Under the pieces are notes generated by a model, which did no database searches, had not been told where the DNA came from, and saw only the letters and a list, made by a program, of their open reading frames with translations. This document shows, one piece after another, positions 13,157 through 24,874 of a stretch of 64,000 bases of DNA; the first letter of the stretch is position 1, and each line of letters starts with the position of its first letter. This DNA is from the human T2T-CHM13v2.0 reference genome, Homo sapiens: NCBI RefSeq assembly GCF_009914755.1, contig NC_060947.1. One strand, written 5' to 3'. The translations under genes and the position numbers were made by a program.

Positions 13157-13995
13157 TATTTTCTTCCATTCAACGTGTTGTCTCTTCACTGTTTATTGCT
13201 TCCTTTGTTGTGCAGAAGCTTTTAAATTTAGCATGGTCCCATTTGTCTATTGTTGTTTTTGTTGCCTGTACTTTTGAGGTCTCAGCCATAAAATCTTTGC
13301 CCAGACCAATGTCCTGAAGAGTTTTCCCTAGGTTTTTCTCCAGTTATTTTATAGTTTCAGGTCTTATGTTTAAATCTTTAATTCATCTTGATTTGATTTT
13401 TTTATATGGTGAGAGATACAAAAATCATTTCATTCTTCTGCATATGCTTATTGAGTTTTCCCAGCACCATTTATTGAAAAGGGTGTCCTTTCCCCACTGT
13501 ATGCTGTTGGTGCCTTTGTCAAAAATCTGTTGGCTTTATTTATTTATTTACATGGCTTTATTTCTGGGTTCTCTATTCTTTTCCATTGGCCTATGTGTCT
13601 GTTTTCATACCGACAGCATGCTGTTTTGTAATATAGCCTTGTAATATATTTTGAAGTCAGAAGGTGATGCGTGCAGCTTTGCTCTTTTTGCTAAGCATTG
13701 TTTTAGCTATTTGGGCTCTTTTTTGCTTTCATACAAACTTTAGGATTATTTTTTCCAATTCTGTGAAAAATATTTGCAAACTATTCATCCAACAATGGAC
13801 AATATATTGTATATTTCAAAGTATCTAGAAGAAAGTATCTTGAGATGTTACCAACACAGAAATAATAAATACTTAAGGTATGGATACCCCAAATACACTG
13901 ACTTGAACATTACACATTATATGCATGTAACAAATATTCACATGTACCTCTTAAATATGTAGAATATTATGTATCAATAAAAGAAAAAAAGGAAA
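13157..13995 (+). mobile_element. 5'-inverted L1MA with internal deletion
   Basis: Antisense ORF2 13157-13770, sense stub aaaatatttgcaaactattcatcc, then distal 3'UTR and A tail. Confidence 0.85.
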
Positions 13996-14594
13996 AAACT
14001 GGACAATGGGGTGGGAGATTCCTTTATATTTAAATAATATTTACTGTTTTTAAAATGCACTTCAACACTTTTAAATTATAACTTTAATTTACAGTATGTT
14101 AAGATAGCAACACAGTATAGGAGAGTGCAACTTTTAATGATAGGATATGTGAAACTCTGTAGTCAAATAATCCTTCCTGAAAAAGTTGATACACCTGCCC
14201 AACCAGTTATTAGAGGCTCAATCTTCTGCAATTCCCAGAGGATATGCTACAGAAGATCATGAAGCTTCAGAGAATACTGTTCTGCCAATGAAGGTCCATG
14301 TTCAGAGACATTTTGAGACCCTGTTACATAGAGAGGCTTAGTTTTCAGACTGTTGATTAGAAGCTCTAGGGAACATGTGCCAGTTAACCACAACAGATGG
14401 AGAGGAGGGAGAAAAAAGTTCATTACACTGTTGTTTACTCATTGTTTTCTATAGACTCTACCCCTTAGTGTGTCCCTAAAATACAAAATAAGAAGGCTGT
14501 TTGAGGGCTTTGCTTATATATGTTTCTATGTTATACAGATTTTTTCATATCCCTCTTATTGCTTGATACGCTCCTGACATTCTGCCTACCCCTT

Positions 14595-14790
14595 CCCTGT
14601 GAAGCCTGGTTAGGTTAGTAAGGCCTGTGCACTCCCAGAGCACTCTGCACACACCTCTACTCTTGTGTTCACTTACCAAGTTGTACTGAAGTTGTCTGTT
14701 CATAAGTCTGTGTCCCCTGCTCTACTGGGCAGGGGGTCTCTCTCATACCTGTGTCCCCAGCACCTATGGGTGCTCAGTAGATGTGTGTTG
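14595..14790 (+). mobile_element. L2 3' fragment
   Basis: ctgtgtccccagcacct...gtgctcagtagatgtgtgttg. Confidence 0.65.
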
Positions 14791-14904
14791 CACTGTTTGG
14801 GGAAACTTAAGGTTAGTACCTAGGTTTTATTTTAAACTTTCAATCTAACAGTGCCTTTTACACAGTAGGTGTTATGTCTGATGATAGTAATTTTTAAAAG
14901 GCCT

Positions 14905-15905
14905 CAGAAAACAAATAACCTGATTAAAAAATGGGCAAAAGATCTGCCAAAACATTCCTCAAAAGAAGACATGGCAAATGGCCAGCAGGCATATAAAAAT
15001 ATGCTCAACATCACCAATCATCAGGGAAATACAAATCAAAATCACAACGAGATATCACTTCATGCCTGTTAGGATGGCTACTATCAAAAAAACAAGAGTG
15101 AAGTGTTGGTGAGGCTGTGGAGGAAAGGTGGTGGTTAGGTGCTGTGGTGAGGCTTGCACAGCGGTGGTGGGAATGTAAATTAGTACAGCCATTATGAAAA
15201 ACGGTATCAAGGTTCCTCAAAAAATTAAAATAAAACTACCCTATCATCCAGTCATCCTACTTCTGGGTATATATTCCAAAAAAAAAAAAAAGGAAATCAG
15301 TATCTTGAAGAGATATCTGCACAACCATGTTCATGGTAGCATTATTCACAATAGCCAAGATACTAAATGTCCATTAATGGATGAATGGATAAAGAAAATG
15401 TGGTAGATATATACAATGAAACACTATGCAACCTTAAAAATGAAGGAAATCCCATCATTTGTGGCAACATAGATGAACCTGGAGGACATTATGTTAGGTG
15501 AAATAAGCCAGGCACAGAAAGACAAATACTGCCTGATTTCACTCATGTGAGAGCTTATTAGAACTATTAGAATCAAAGGGTAGAATGGTGTTTGCCAGGG
15601 GTGGGGGCAGATAAGTAGGGGGAAGGGGGTTTGGGGAAGATATTGGTCAAAGGATACAAAATTTCAGTTAGACAGGAGGAATAAGTTCAAGAGATGTACA
15701 ACATAGTGACTATAGTTAGAACAATGTATCATATTCTTGAAAATCACAGAGATTTTAAGTGTTCTCACCACAAAAATGACAGGTATGTGAGGTAATGTAT
15801 ATTTTAATTCGCTCAATTTAGCCATTCCACAGTGTTTACATATTTCAATACATCCTGTTGTACACCATAAATATATATAATTTTTATGTCAATTAAAAAT
15901 AATTT
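14905..15905 (+). mobile_element. L1MA ORF2 end and 3'UTR
   Basis: ORF2 remnant peptides (NNLIKKWAKDL, KCPLMDEWIKKMW) and L1MA 3'UTR. Confidence 0.9.
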
Positions 15906-15939
15906 TTTTACAAAGGTTTCAAAGGTATATGGCACCTTA

Positions 15940-16112
15940 TGTGACTTACCAAATGTCTTCACATTATTTCACATGACCCCTACCAGCAGCCTGTTTAGAA
16001 GCAAGTCAAATATTTTAACAACTGCCATTTGACACATAAGGGAATTGGCTTGGAGCAATTAACTGAGTGTCCAAGGCCACACAGCTAATATGAACTCAGT
16101 GGATACTTTGAA
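15940..16112 (-). mobile_element. MIR relic
   Basis: gtccaaggccacacagcta core in antisense. Confidence 0.6.
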
Positions 16113-16264
16113 TCTACCCTATTGTTTTCCAGTGCCCATGTTTCTCTCCTTTTTATAAAGATAGAACTGAGAAACTTTGACACCTATATGGTTTCCCAGA
16201 CTTACTTGTTAGGTTCCTCTCACTTCAACTGGAGAACAAAGTAATGATTTACCTTGATACCCGC

Positions 16265-16400
16265 TGACAGTCATTATGAACAGCTGAATCAACCAATCTT
16301 AAAGCCTGCCTCTTCCCTAGAATTCTTGTTATGTGAGATAATACATTTCCTAATTGTTTAAGCCAGTTAGAGTTTGGGTTTCAGTTACTTGCAGCCTAAG
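16265..16400 (+). mobile_element. Old MLT1 (J/K/L-like) LTR 3' part
   Basis: gttatgtgagataatacatttcc...tttaagccagttagagtttgggtttcagttacttgcagcc. Confidence 0.7.
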
Positions 16401-16621
16401 TCGTACCTGACGTACGATGCCTGCTTCCCAGGAAGACTAAATTTCTTAAAGATAGGGCTCCAGTCATTCTCCCAGTCTGGCCTTCTCTACAGCACTTCCA
16501 GGCTGGCTCACTACAAGGGACTATTCTTGTAGGGGTAAGGGGGATCCATCTCAGAGAAAGGGTGCCAGAGGATTTCCTGAAATGAAAGTTAACTTGTTGC
16601 TGAAGGGACCACCAGTTGTAA

Positions 16622-16932
<311 letters not shown>

Positions 16933-17479
16933 TGAAGCCATGTTAATTGGTTGCAGCAGAAGCCAAGCAACCAAATCAGAAGAGATTTAATGTATTCTCC
17001 ACCTCAACCCCACACACCAGTGTCTCTCTTGGCAGTGCTGGGAGAGAAGGGACAAGAACATTTACATCACTTCCACCAGATAGTCCTTCACCCCACTTAA
17101 AAAGACTCCAAGCCAGCATCTCCCCAGAAGGCAGCAGTCTTCAATTACTCACATTAGGGCAGCAGTTTTCACCCCAAATCTCAAAAGGCTTTCCAGCACT
17201 GTGGGTAAGGAAAATTTCCAGAGAGATGACTTTATGTCTCAGTTCCATTAAACATTCATTGTGTGGCTGAGATGTACTCTTGGAATACTTCCATTTCCCC
17301 AGTAATAGAATGGAAATAATACTTGCTCTTTCCCTCCCTTCCAAGGACACTGGAAATGTGAATAACATTCATGAGGTCTTCAAGAAGACCAAGAAAGTGC
17401 CCTGCACCAGGTTCAGGCCTAGATCCTGAAGGTTTTTAAAGGATTACAAACAGAATGGCTCCATCTACCAACATCCTCT

Positions 17480-17700
17480 ATGATAAGCAACAAACATATA
17501 CTGAGTGTCCACTGTGTGCTGGGTCCAGAGCTTGGCTTTGGGGCTACATTGGTGAGGAAGCCACTTGTCCCTACTCTCAAAGGGTTCCCAGTATTGTGGT
17601 AGAGACAGGCATATAAATCCAGATGCGGAATATGATAATTTCAATTTGCTGATATCTGTGTGGAAAAGTTGTGAGAGATAAGCTGGAAACATGCACTGGG
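17480..17700 (-). mobile_element. L2 fragment
   Basis: caacaaacatatactgagtgtccactgtgtgctggg is the antisense L2 3' end. Confidence 0.6.
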
Positions 17701-18519
17701 ATGAGATGAATCATGAATGCAAAAGTAATCCTAAACATATATAAAAACCAGTATAGCAGCAGCAGCACCAACAAAGCAGAATAGATGCAGGTCAGTGCAT
17801 GGAACAATGTCCTCCAGGTCCCTTGCTGTGCTGGGCACTAACCCTTTAGTGGCTGGGTCCAAGAGTTGGGAGGGGCAGCTGGGGCAGCAGGAGGGGTCTT
17901 GAAGAGGCTCAAAGAAGCAGCTGGTATCAAAGAATCCCATAATTTTAACAAGAAGTGTGGTCATATCAGTGAATACTAGTTAAATACAGCCCTGCTTCTA
18001 TGTCATGTGAATGAGCATGAGTGCTACCTTGTGGTCATCCAGGAGCCCCAAAATGTCATTGGGTTGGAAACACACTTTAGCAGCAGTGTGGAAGATGGGC
18101 TAGATTGGGGCACCATGAAGTCAGGCAGATAAGTAGGAAGGCTTTGTAATATACCAAGGAAGATGGATGATGTCCTGAATTACTGAAGTGGCAGGCCCAA
18201 AGATGATTACATAAATCTCCATTTCTATAGATCTCCTTGGTTCCTAAGAATTCTCCCGTCTTTTTATTCTCTTGGCTACAATCTCCTAGCCCAATGCAAA
18301 CTTACACACACACATGCATGCTTGTGTGCAGATCCTGCTTCAGTATGTATACTCAACTAGTGGCTGGCAGGCTGTAATTATGGCAGGCAAGAGGCCTGCC
18401 AAGAAAAATTCATTCAAATACTGAGGTCATCCTATTCCCAGCTGCAAGAGAGTGGCTACAGTATAAACTCTGCCTTCATAAACCCAAACTATATTTTTGG
18501 ATAGTCTTCTCTATTTTTC

Positions 18520-18700
18520 CAAGCACAGTCACACAATTATCTCATTTGTTCTCTTAACAATAGTCCTAGGAGGTCAGTAAGGCTGATATTATTTAGCTCC
18601 AATGTAGAGACGGGAAAAGTCCTTCAAAGAGAAAGGACTTGCCTAAGGTCATTCACAATGAGTCAGTAGTGACTCTACGACTAAGATGCCTTCTACTTCT
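18520..18700 (-). mobile_element. MIR relic
   Basis: attatctcattt...gacttgcctaaggtca. Confidence 0.6.
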
Positions 18701-19390
18701 TGGTCCCATGTTCCTCTCAATCTTTTCCATATAACCTCCTTCAGATACAATTTCAGGTCATTTTTGTTTCCACCTCCTGCAAACTAATATTTATTCTATC
18801 TATTCTAATAGTCATTTCTAAGAGAATTCTGTGGATAAATCAGAGTCGCCAATTTTATCTTCCAAGTCCTTGCTCAGGTCTCACCATTCCCTCCAGGAAA
18901 TTTTCCCTGGTAACTATAGTTCAGTAACCTCAACCCCTTCTTCTTTAAATATTTACTCTCAGTATTAATGTGTTAGTGCTTTATGCTCTCTTGTTGTGTT
19001 CAGATTACTCCATCTGTGACTTGTCCTTTTCTTCTCCCCGCCTAGCACAAGATTTGGCACATAAGGGAACACTTACTAAAGTGTTGTTAATGTATGGCTT
19101 GATCCATTAAAGCCTAACTCTGGCATCAGACTGCCTGCAATTTCCAGTCAACAACAAAGCACTCTGAATATATGTGTTTGTGTGTGTGCACACATGTGTG
19201 TGCGTGTGTGTCTGTGCACCACTCATCTAGTGACCCTGAGGGTAACTAACTCAATGCTGTCAAAATGCAGCATCAGCACATAGTTATTTTACATTCCAGT
19301 AGGAATTGAAGCAAGGAAACTTTTCTCCCTAATTTTTTCAAAATAAATATTGCTCTGGTTCCAAATGGTATATTTTTGACATCTTGTGTA

Positions 19391-19528
19391 CATTTCTGAA
19401 ATAGAGTCCAGATGAGAAACCAGCTAATGTGTATGTCCATTCCAATCTGAGAACAGTAGATTCCCACTCATAGGCAATTTTGTTTCTGAAATCTCAATTG
19501 CAGAAAAAAGACTAGGGGGAGCATGTTT
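19391..19528 (+). repeat. ~137-bp local module, copy 1 of 3 (others at ~22091-22227 direct and ~22586-22723 inverted)
   Basis: catttctgaaatagagtccagatgagaaacc...aatctcaattgcagaaaaaagactagg aligns to both other copies at roughly 80-87%. Confidence 0.93.
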
Positions 19529-19894
19529 GCAGGAAGGGGTAAGGCCGACATGAAGTGACTGCTAGACAATCTGAGGCTTGGGGGCAAGACAAGGACATGG
19601 GGAAGAAAAGAAGGGGATGTGAAAATTTCTTCCCTCTCCTCTTATGATTGCCCACACAGATTTTTAAGGGACATGAATGGGAAAGCAGCTGATGGCTGCT
19701 CCCAACAAGGCAGGATAATTGCAAAATATCATTTAGACATGAGGGTGGCCAAAGGCAGGTGAACCCCAAGAAGACAGGTAAACAGGCCCCAGAGAACACC
19801 ATCCACTTGGTTGTCTGCTCAGAAACTCCTCCTTAGAGTCCCCAACTGAGAGTAAAGGAATCATTTTTCTATTTCTTCTACAACATACAATATT

Positions 19895-20070
19895 GCCCAA
19901 GTACCTACTATGTATTAAGTACTGTGCTTGGCACTTACCAATATAAACCTTTTTGCCTTGTAGTGATTCATACTCCCATTTTACAGATGAAGAAACTGAG
20001 AGATAAAGTCTTTTACTCACCATCCCATAGTGTGTCTGACTCTATCATGTAGGTTCTTTCCATTGCACAA
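19895..20070 (-). mobile_element. MIR
   Basis: cccattttacagatgaagaaactgag. Confidence 0.8.
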
Positions 20071-20139
20071 CTCTGCCTTCCCAAGGTATGTTCAGTGAGA
20101 TCTGGCAACAAGAAGAAAGCTGAAAACCCCTCCCTAGCA

Positions 20140-20585
20140 AGCCTAAGGTTTCACAGAGGCACTTAGTCTTAAATGAAGAGTGGGATTATAACCTAATGGA
20201 GAAAAAGATGGAAAGCGCATTCATTCCTGGCTGAAGGAATAGCAGATGGAAAGGCACTGATGTGGGGAAGAAAAAAAAAATGTTCAAGAAAGTATAAATA
20301 GTTTTGTGGGATCACCTGAGGGTGAGGACAGGTGATAGAATATGAAGCGAGAGCAACTAAGGCCAGATTATAAAGGGTTTCATTTCATATGCCATGTTAG
20401 GGAATGTGGGTTTTCTCCTGGAGATGAGATAGACTGGAAGAGAGGGAGTACTGATATCAGATCTCTGATCTCTGTTTTGAAAAGATCACTGTGGCACTGA
20501 CTGCATGCAGGGACACCGAGCCAGGAAAGTCTGGCAATAATCAAGGCAAGAGTCAAGATGGTGAACCAAGTGAGGCCTAGCTCAG
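20140..20585 (-). mobile_element. L2 fragment
   Basis: ggccagattataaagg...gatatcagatctctg...aaagatcactgtggc. Confidence 0.6.
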
Positions 20586-20607
20586 AAACTACTGACTCCA
20601 GAACAGT

Positions 20608-21155
20608 TGTTACCAGAAAGGGGTCTGGATTCAGACCCCAAGAGAGGGTTCTTGGATCTTGCACAAGAAAGAATTCAGAGTGAGTCTGTAAAGTTAAAGC
20701 AAGTTTATTAAGGAAGTAAAGGAATAAGGAATGGCTAATCTGTAGGCAGAGCAGCCCGGAGGGCTGCTGGTTGCCCATTTTTATGGTTATTTCTTGATGA
20801 TATGCTCAACAACGGGTGGATTATTCATGCCTCCCCTTTTTAGACCATACAGGATAATGTCCTGATGTTGCCATGGCATTTGTAAACTGTCATGGTGCTG
20901 GATGGAGTGTAACAGTGAGGATAACCAGAGGTCACTCTGGTCGCCATCTTGGTTTTGGTGGGTTTTAGCTGGCTTCTTTAGTGCAACCTGTTGTATCAGC
21001 AAGGTCTTTAGGACCTGTATCTTGTGCCGACCTCCTGCCTCATCCTGTGACTAAGAATGCCTTAACCTCCTGGGAATGCAGCCCAGCAGGTCTCAGCCTC
21101 ATTTTACCCAGCTTCTATTCAAGATGGAGTTGCTCTGGTTCAAACACCTCTGACA
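20608..21155 (-). mobile_element. MER41 (MER41A-like) solo LTR, ERV1
   Basis: Reverse complement starts tgtcagaggtgtttgaaccagagcaactccatcttgaatag; TG...CA ends; perfect 4-bp TSD cagt. Confidence 0.93.
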
Positions 21156-21852
21156 CAGTCAGTCACTGCAAATTAGCCTGAATCTTTAAGCTCAAAGCTA
21201 GGATTCCAGGCTTTGCAGCATCTACCCCCATAGCCCTTAAATACTGTATGTGTTGCTTTGGCCTCAAAACTAGTAACAAGTCTTGCTTTGTCCTCTGGGG
21301 CCTCCTCATTTGTCTCCATTTTCTAAGCTGGCAGCTTTGTGGCTCCCCTGGGCCTAGCCTAGCCCAGCTGGCTGGGGGTGGTGGAGAGAAGTCAGGTAGG
21401 ATCCAAGCAGAAAGGGCCATGATTAGCACATGTTTCACATTCCCCACATTGCATGGCAATTCCCAACCAAATCCTACAGGATTGTTTTCTTAAAGATTTG
21501 GGAGGAGTTTGGGGCTTCTTCTCTTTCTTTCTTCTTTGTTTTATTCTGTTTCTGGACTGCAGCTATTTCCTCTGTCCTTGAGTTAAGTAATAGCAGAGAG
21601 GGAGTTAAAATGAAAGTTTGCAGCAATGCAGAAAAGATGTTTCTAGAGATGTCCAGAGGAAGGAGGGAAATCTAGTATGGGGGCCCACAGCAATGTTCTG
21701 GGAAGGCCAGGGAATGTAGCTGCTGGGGGTGGGGCTTCAGTTACAGCAAATGTATAGAAGTTAGGCTAAAACCTACCTAAGGGAAGGGGTCCCTGACTCT
21801 CAGGCCAGCTTCAGTCCTTGACTTGTTTGCATTTAGCACTCAGTAGATTTTC

Positions 21853-22329
21853 CTCTGGTCATCAGTACCTGCTAAACCCCAGCGCAGCCCTAAGGTGTGG
21901 ACTCTCCCTTTAACCAAGGAAATTAAAGCATTAAAATGAACCAAAAGCATTTAATGGGTAAAGGCAGCCAGCAATACACTCATGGGAATCCCACACTCCT
22001 AAATAACAGGAGGGTCTTGCAAAAGCCTTCCAGGCCTGCTTCCTTCCGTCCATCCTTCCTTTCATCTCTCTCTCTCTCTCTCTCTCCATGAATTTCTGAA
22101 ATAGAACCCAGATGAAAAACCTGTTCATGTGTATGTCTGTCCCATCTAAGAACAGTAGATTCTGACTCATGGGCAATTTCATTCCGGAAATCTCAATTGC
22201 AGAAAAAAGATTAGGAGAGCAGGTTTTATTTTATTTTCTATCCTCCCTTTCCATCATTTCCCTTGAGATAGCATACATCAATAAGTAGCATGTAGGGAAG
22301 CACTGATTGTTTCTTAATTTATAGCTTTA
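21853..22329 (+). repeat. Left arm of long inverted duplication
   Basis: Reverse complement aligns along its length with 22482-23049, about 90% identity outside the microsatellite. Confidence 0.97.
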
Positions 22330-22481
22330 TTGAGATATAATTTACACACAATAAAATTACCATACCATAAAATTCATCCATTTAAGCGAAATGCAATGAT
22401 TGTTTAGTATATTTAAAGAGTTGTACAACCATCACCACAATCTAATTTTAGAACATTTCCATTGTCCTCAAAAAGAAACTG
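22318..22481 (-). mobile_element. L1M (MB/ME-like) 3' terminal fragment forming the spacer of the inverted repeat
   Basis: agctttattgagatataattt...ttgtacaaccatcaccacaatctaattttagaacattt. Confidence 0.85.
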
Positions 22482-22807
22482 TAAAGGTATTAATTAAGAA
22501 ATGATCAGTGCTTCCGTACATGCTACTTATTGACATATGTGATGTCAAGGGAAATGATGGAAAGGGAGGGGGATAGAAAATGAAATAAAACCTGTTCTGC
22601 TAATCTTTTTTCTGCAATTGGAATTTCAGGAATGAAATTGCCCATGAGTCAGAATCTACTATTCTTAAATGGGACAGACATACACATGAGCAGGTTTCTC
22701 ATCTGGGCTCTATTTCAGAAATGTGGTGGGGGGAGGGGGGGAGGGAGGGGGAGGAGGGGGAGAGGGGCAGGGAGGGAAGGAAGGAGGGAGGGAGGGAGGG
22801 AGCGAGG

Positions 22808-22847
<40 letters not shown>

Positions 22848-23049
22848 GAGGGAGAAACAAACAAGCCTGGGAGGTTTTTGCAAGACCCTCCTGTTCTTTA
22901 GGAGTGTGGGCTTCCTATGAGTGTACTGATGGCTGCCTTTACCCATTAAATGCTTTTGGTTCATTCTGATGCTTTAATTTCCTTGGTTAGAGGGGAGAGT
23001 CCACACCTTGAGGGTATGCTGGGGCTACAGCAGGTGCTGATGATCAGAG
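22482..23049 (-). repeat. Right arm of long inverted duplication
   Basis: Reverse complement of 21853-22329 with an expanded purine tract. Confidence 0.97.
22728..22852 (+). repeat. G-rich polypurine tract (GGGA)n/(GA)n
   Basis: Many G3-G6 runs followed by a (GA)n run. Confidence 0.95.
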
Positions 23050-23486
23050 CTTTGAGCTCATATACAGTCAGTCCATGTTCCTTTCAGGCCTCTGAGCCCA
23101 TGGTAACTCTTACAGTGGAGGGTAAGTCCGTCCCCTTCTTAATCAATACAGAGGCTACCAACTCCACATTATCTTCTTTTCAAGGGCCTGTATCCCTTCC
23201 CTCCGTAACTGTTGTGGGTATTGACGGCCAGGCTTCTAAACCTCTTAAAACTCCCCAGCTCTGGTGCCAAATTGGACAACATTCTTTTATGCACTCCTTT
23301 TTAGTTATCCCCACCTGCCTAGTTCCCTTATTAGGTCGAGACATTTTAACTAAATTATCTGCTTCCCTGCACAGCCACACCTCATTGCCACCTTTTCCCC
23401 CAGTTCAAAGCCTCCTTCACATCCTCTCCTTGTATCTCCCCACCTTAATCCACAAGTGTAGGACACCTCTACTCCCTCCTTGGTGA
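22950..23486 (+). pseudogene. Chimeric 178-aa ORF containing a HERV-H retropepsin-like protease domain with a mutated active site; coding status unproven
   Basis: VTLTVEGKSVPFLINTEAT...VVGIDG...HSFLVIPTCLVPLLGRDILTKL matches HERV-H pro; the DTG motif reads NTE. Confidence 0.7.
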
Positions 23487-23626
23487 TGGATGATGCACCC
23501 CTTACGATCCCATTAAAACCTAATCACCCTTACCCCGCTCAACGCCAATATCCCATCCCACAGCACTAAAGCCTGTTATCACTTGCCTGTTACAGCATGG
23601 CCTTTTAAAGCCTATAAACTCTCCTT
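23082..23626 (+). mobile_element. Collapsed HERV-H: 19-nt LTR7 5' stub fused to a pro/pol-start internal fragment
   Basis: tttcaggcctctgagccca vs LTR7 start TGTCAGGCCTCTGAGCCCA; downstream encodes pro and the early-pol peptide PLKPNHPYPAQRQYPIPQ. Confidence 0.92.
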
Positions 23627-24202
<576 letters not shown>

Positions 24203-24874
24203 CCCTTTCAGTTTCTAGACAGTGTCTTTTAAAGAACAAAAGTTTCTAATTTTGATTAAGTCCAATCTTTATCCATCTTTTCATCACTTATGTCTTTGGT
24301 ATTGTATATAAGAAATCGTTGCTGATAGAACTTCCAGAATAGGGATATGAGGAGCTCGGTGGATCCTCTCCCATTTAAAGTCTCTGGAAATTGTCCTAAT
24401 GGCTTATGGAAAGTGAAGAAATGTTTATTCAAGTAAACTTAGTGAATTTTGGTAAGAACAATAGGAGTCAGTGGCATTTGATACATGACCTGTTCCTAAC
24501 CCATCTCTATCCCAGTTTTATGGATACAAGGCAGATGTGGCTAAGAAAAGAGGAAGGCTCCCTTTATCCCCAGCTCATAGTCAAGACTAAGACCCAGGCT
24601 AAGGTTATTCTAGGATTTCACCCCAGAAGGGGAAATCCACTGGCACCTCTTATCCTCAGTAGGCCCTTGTTATGAAAATGCTGCTCTAGGAAGCTGCAGC
24701 TAAGTGGACTGGGTCTCTTTCCCCCACCTCGCTCCACTCATAAGCCAAGGGCTCTGCTCTGGCAAAGCAGGCCAAGAATACTAAGGCCCCAATCACCTCA
24801 CCACAACTTGCTCATAGGGCATAGGTTCCACGGTGGGAGGCGCAAGCAGAGAGTATCAGGGCCATATCTCCCTC

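Noticed and set aside
16400-16420. tcgtac-ctgac-gtacga mini-hairpin with CpGs
   Set aside because: A 6-bp stem is expected by chance in 64 kb.
19391-22723. The three-copy module as a snoRNA, miRNA cluster or CRISPR-like array
   Set aside because: No box C/D or H/ACA layout, no internal hairpin and no regular repeat-spacer period seen.
21931-22969. Paralogous ORFs MKLPMSQNLLFL... on opposite strands, resembling a microprotein family
   Set aside because: They are a by-product of the inverted duplication. The first 30 codons differ by 4 nonsynonymous and 1 synonymous change, the right copy is frameshifted by the microsatellite, and the 19.4-kb copy lacks the first ATG.
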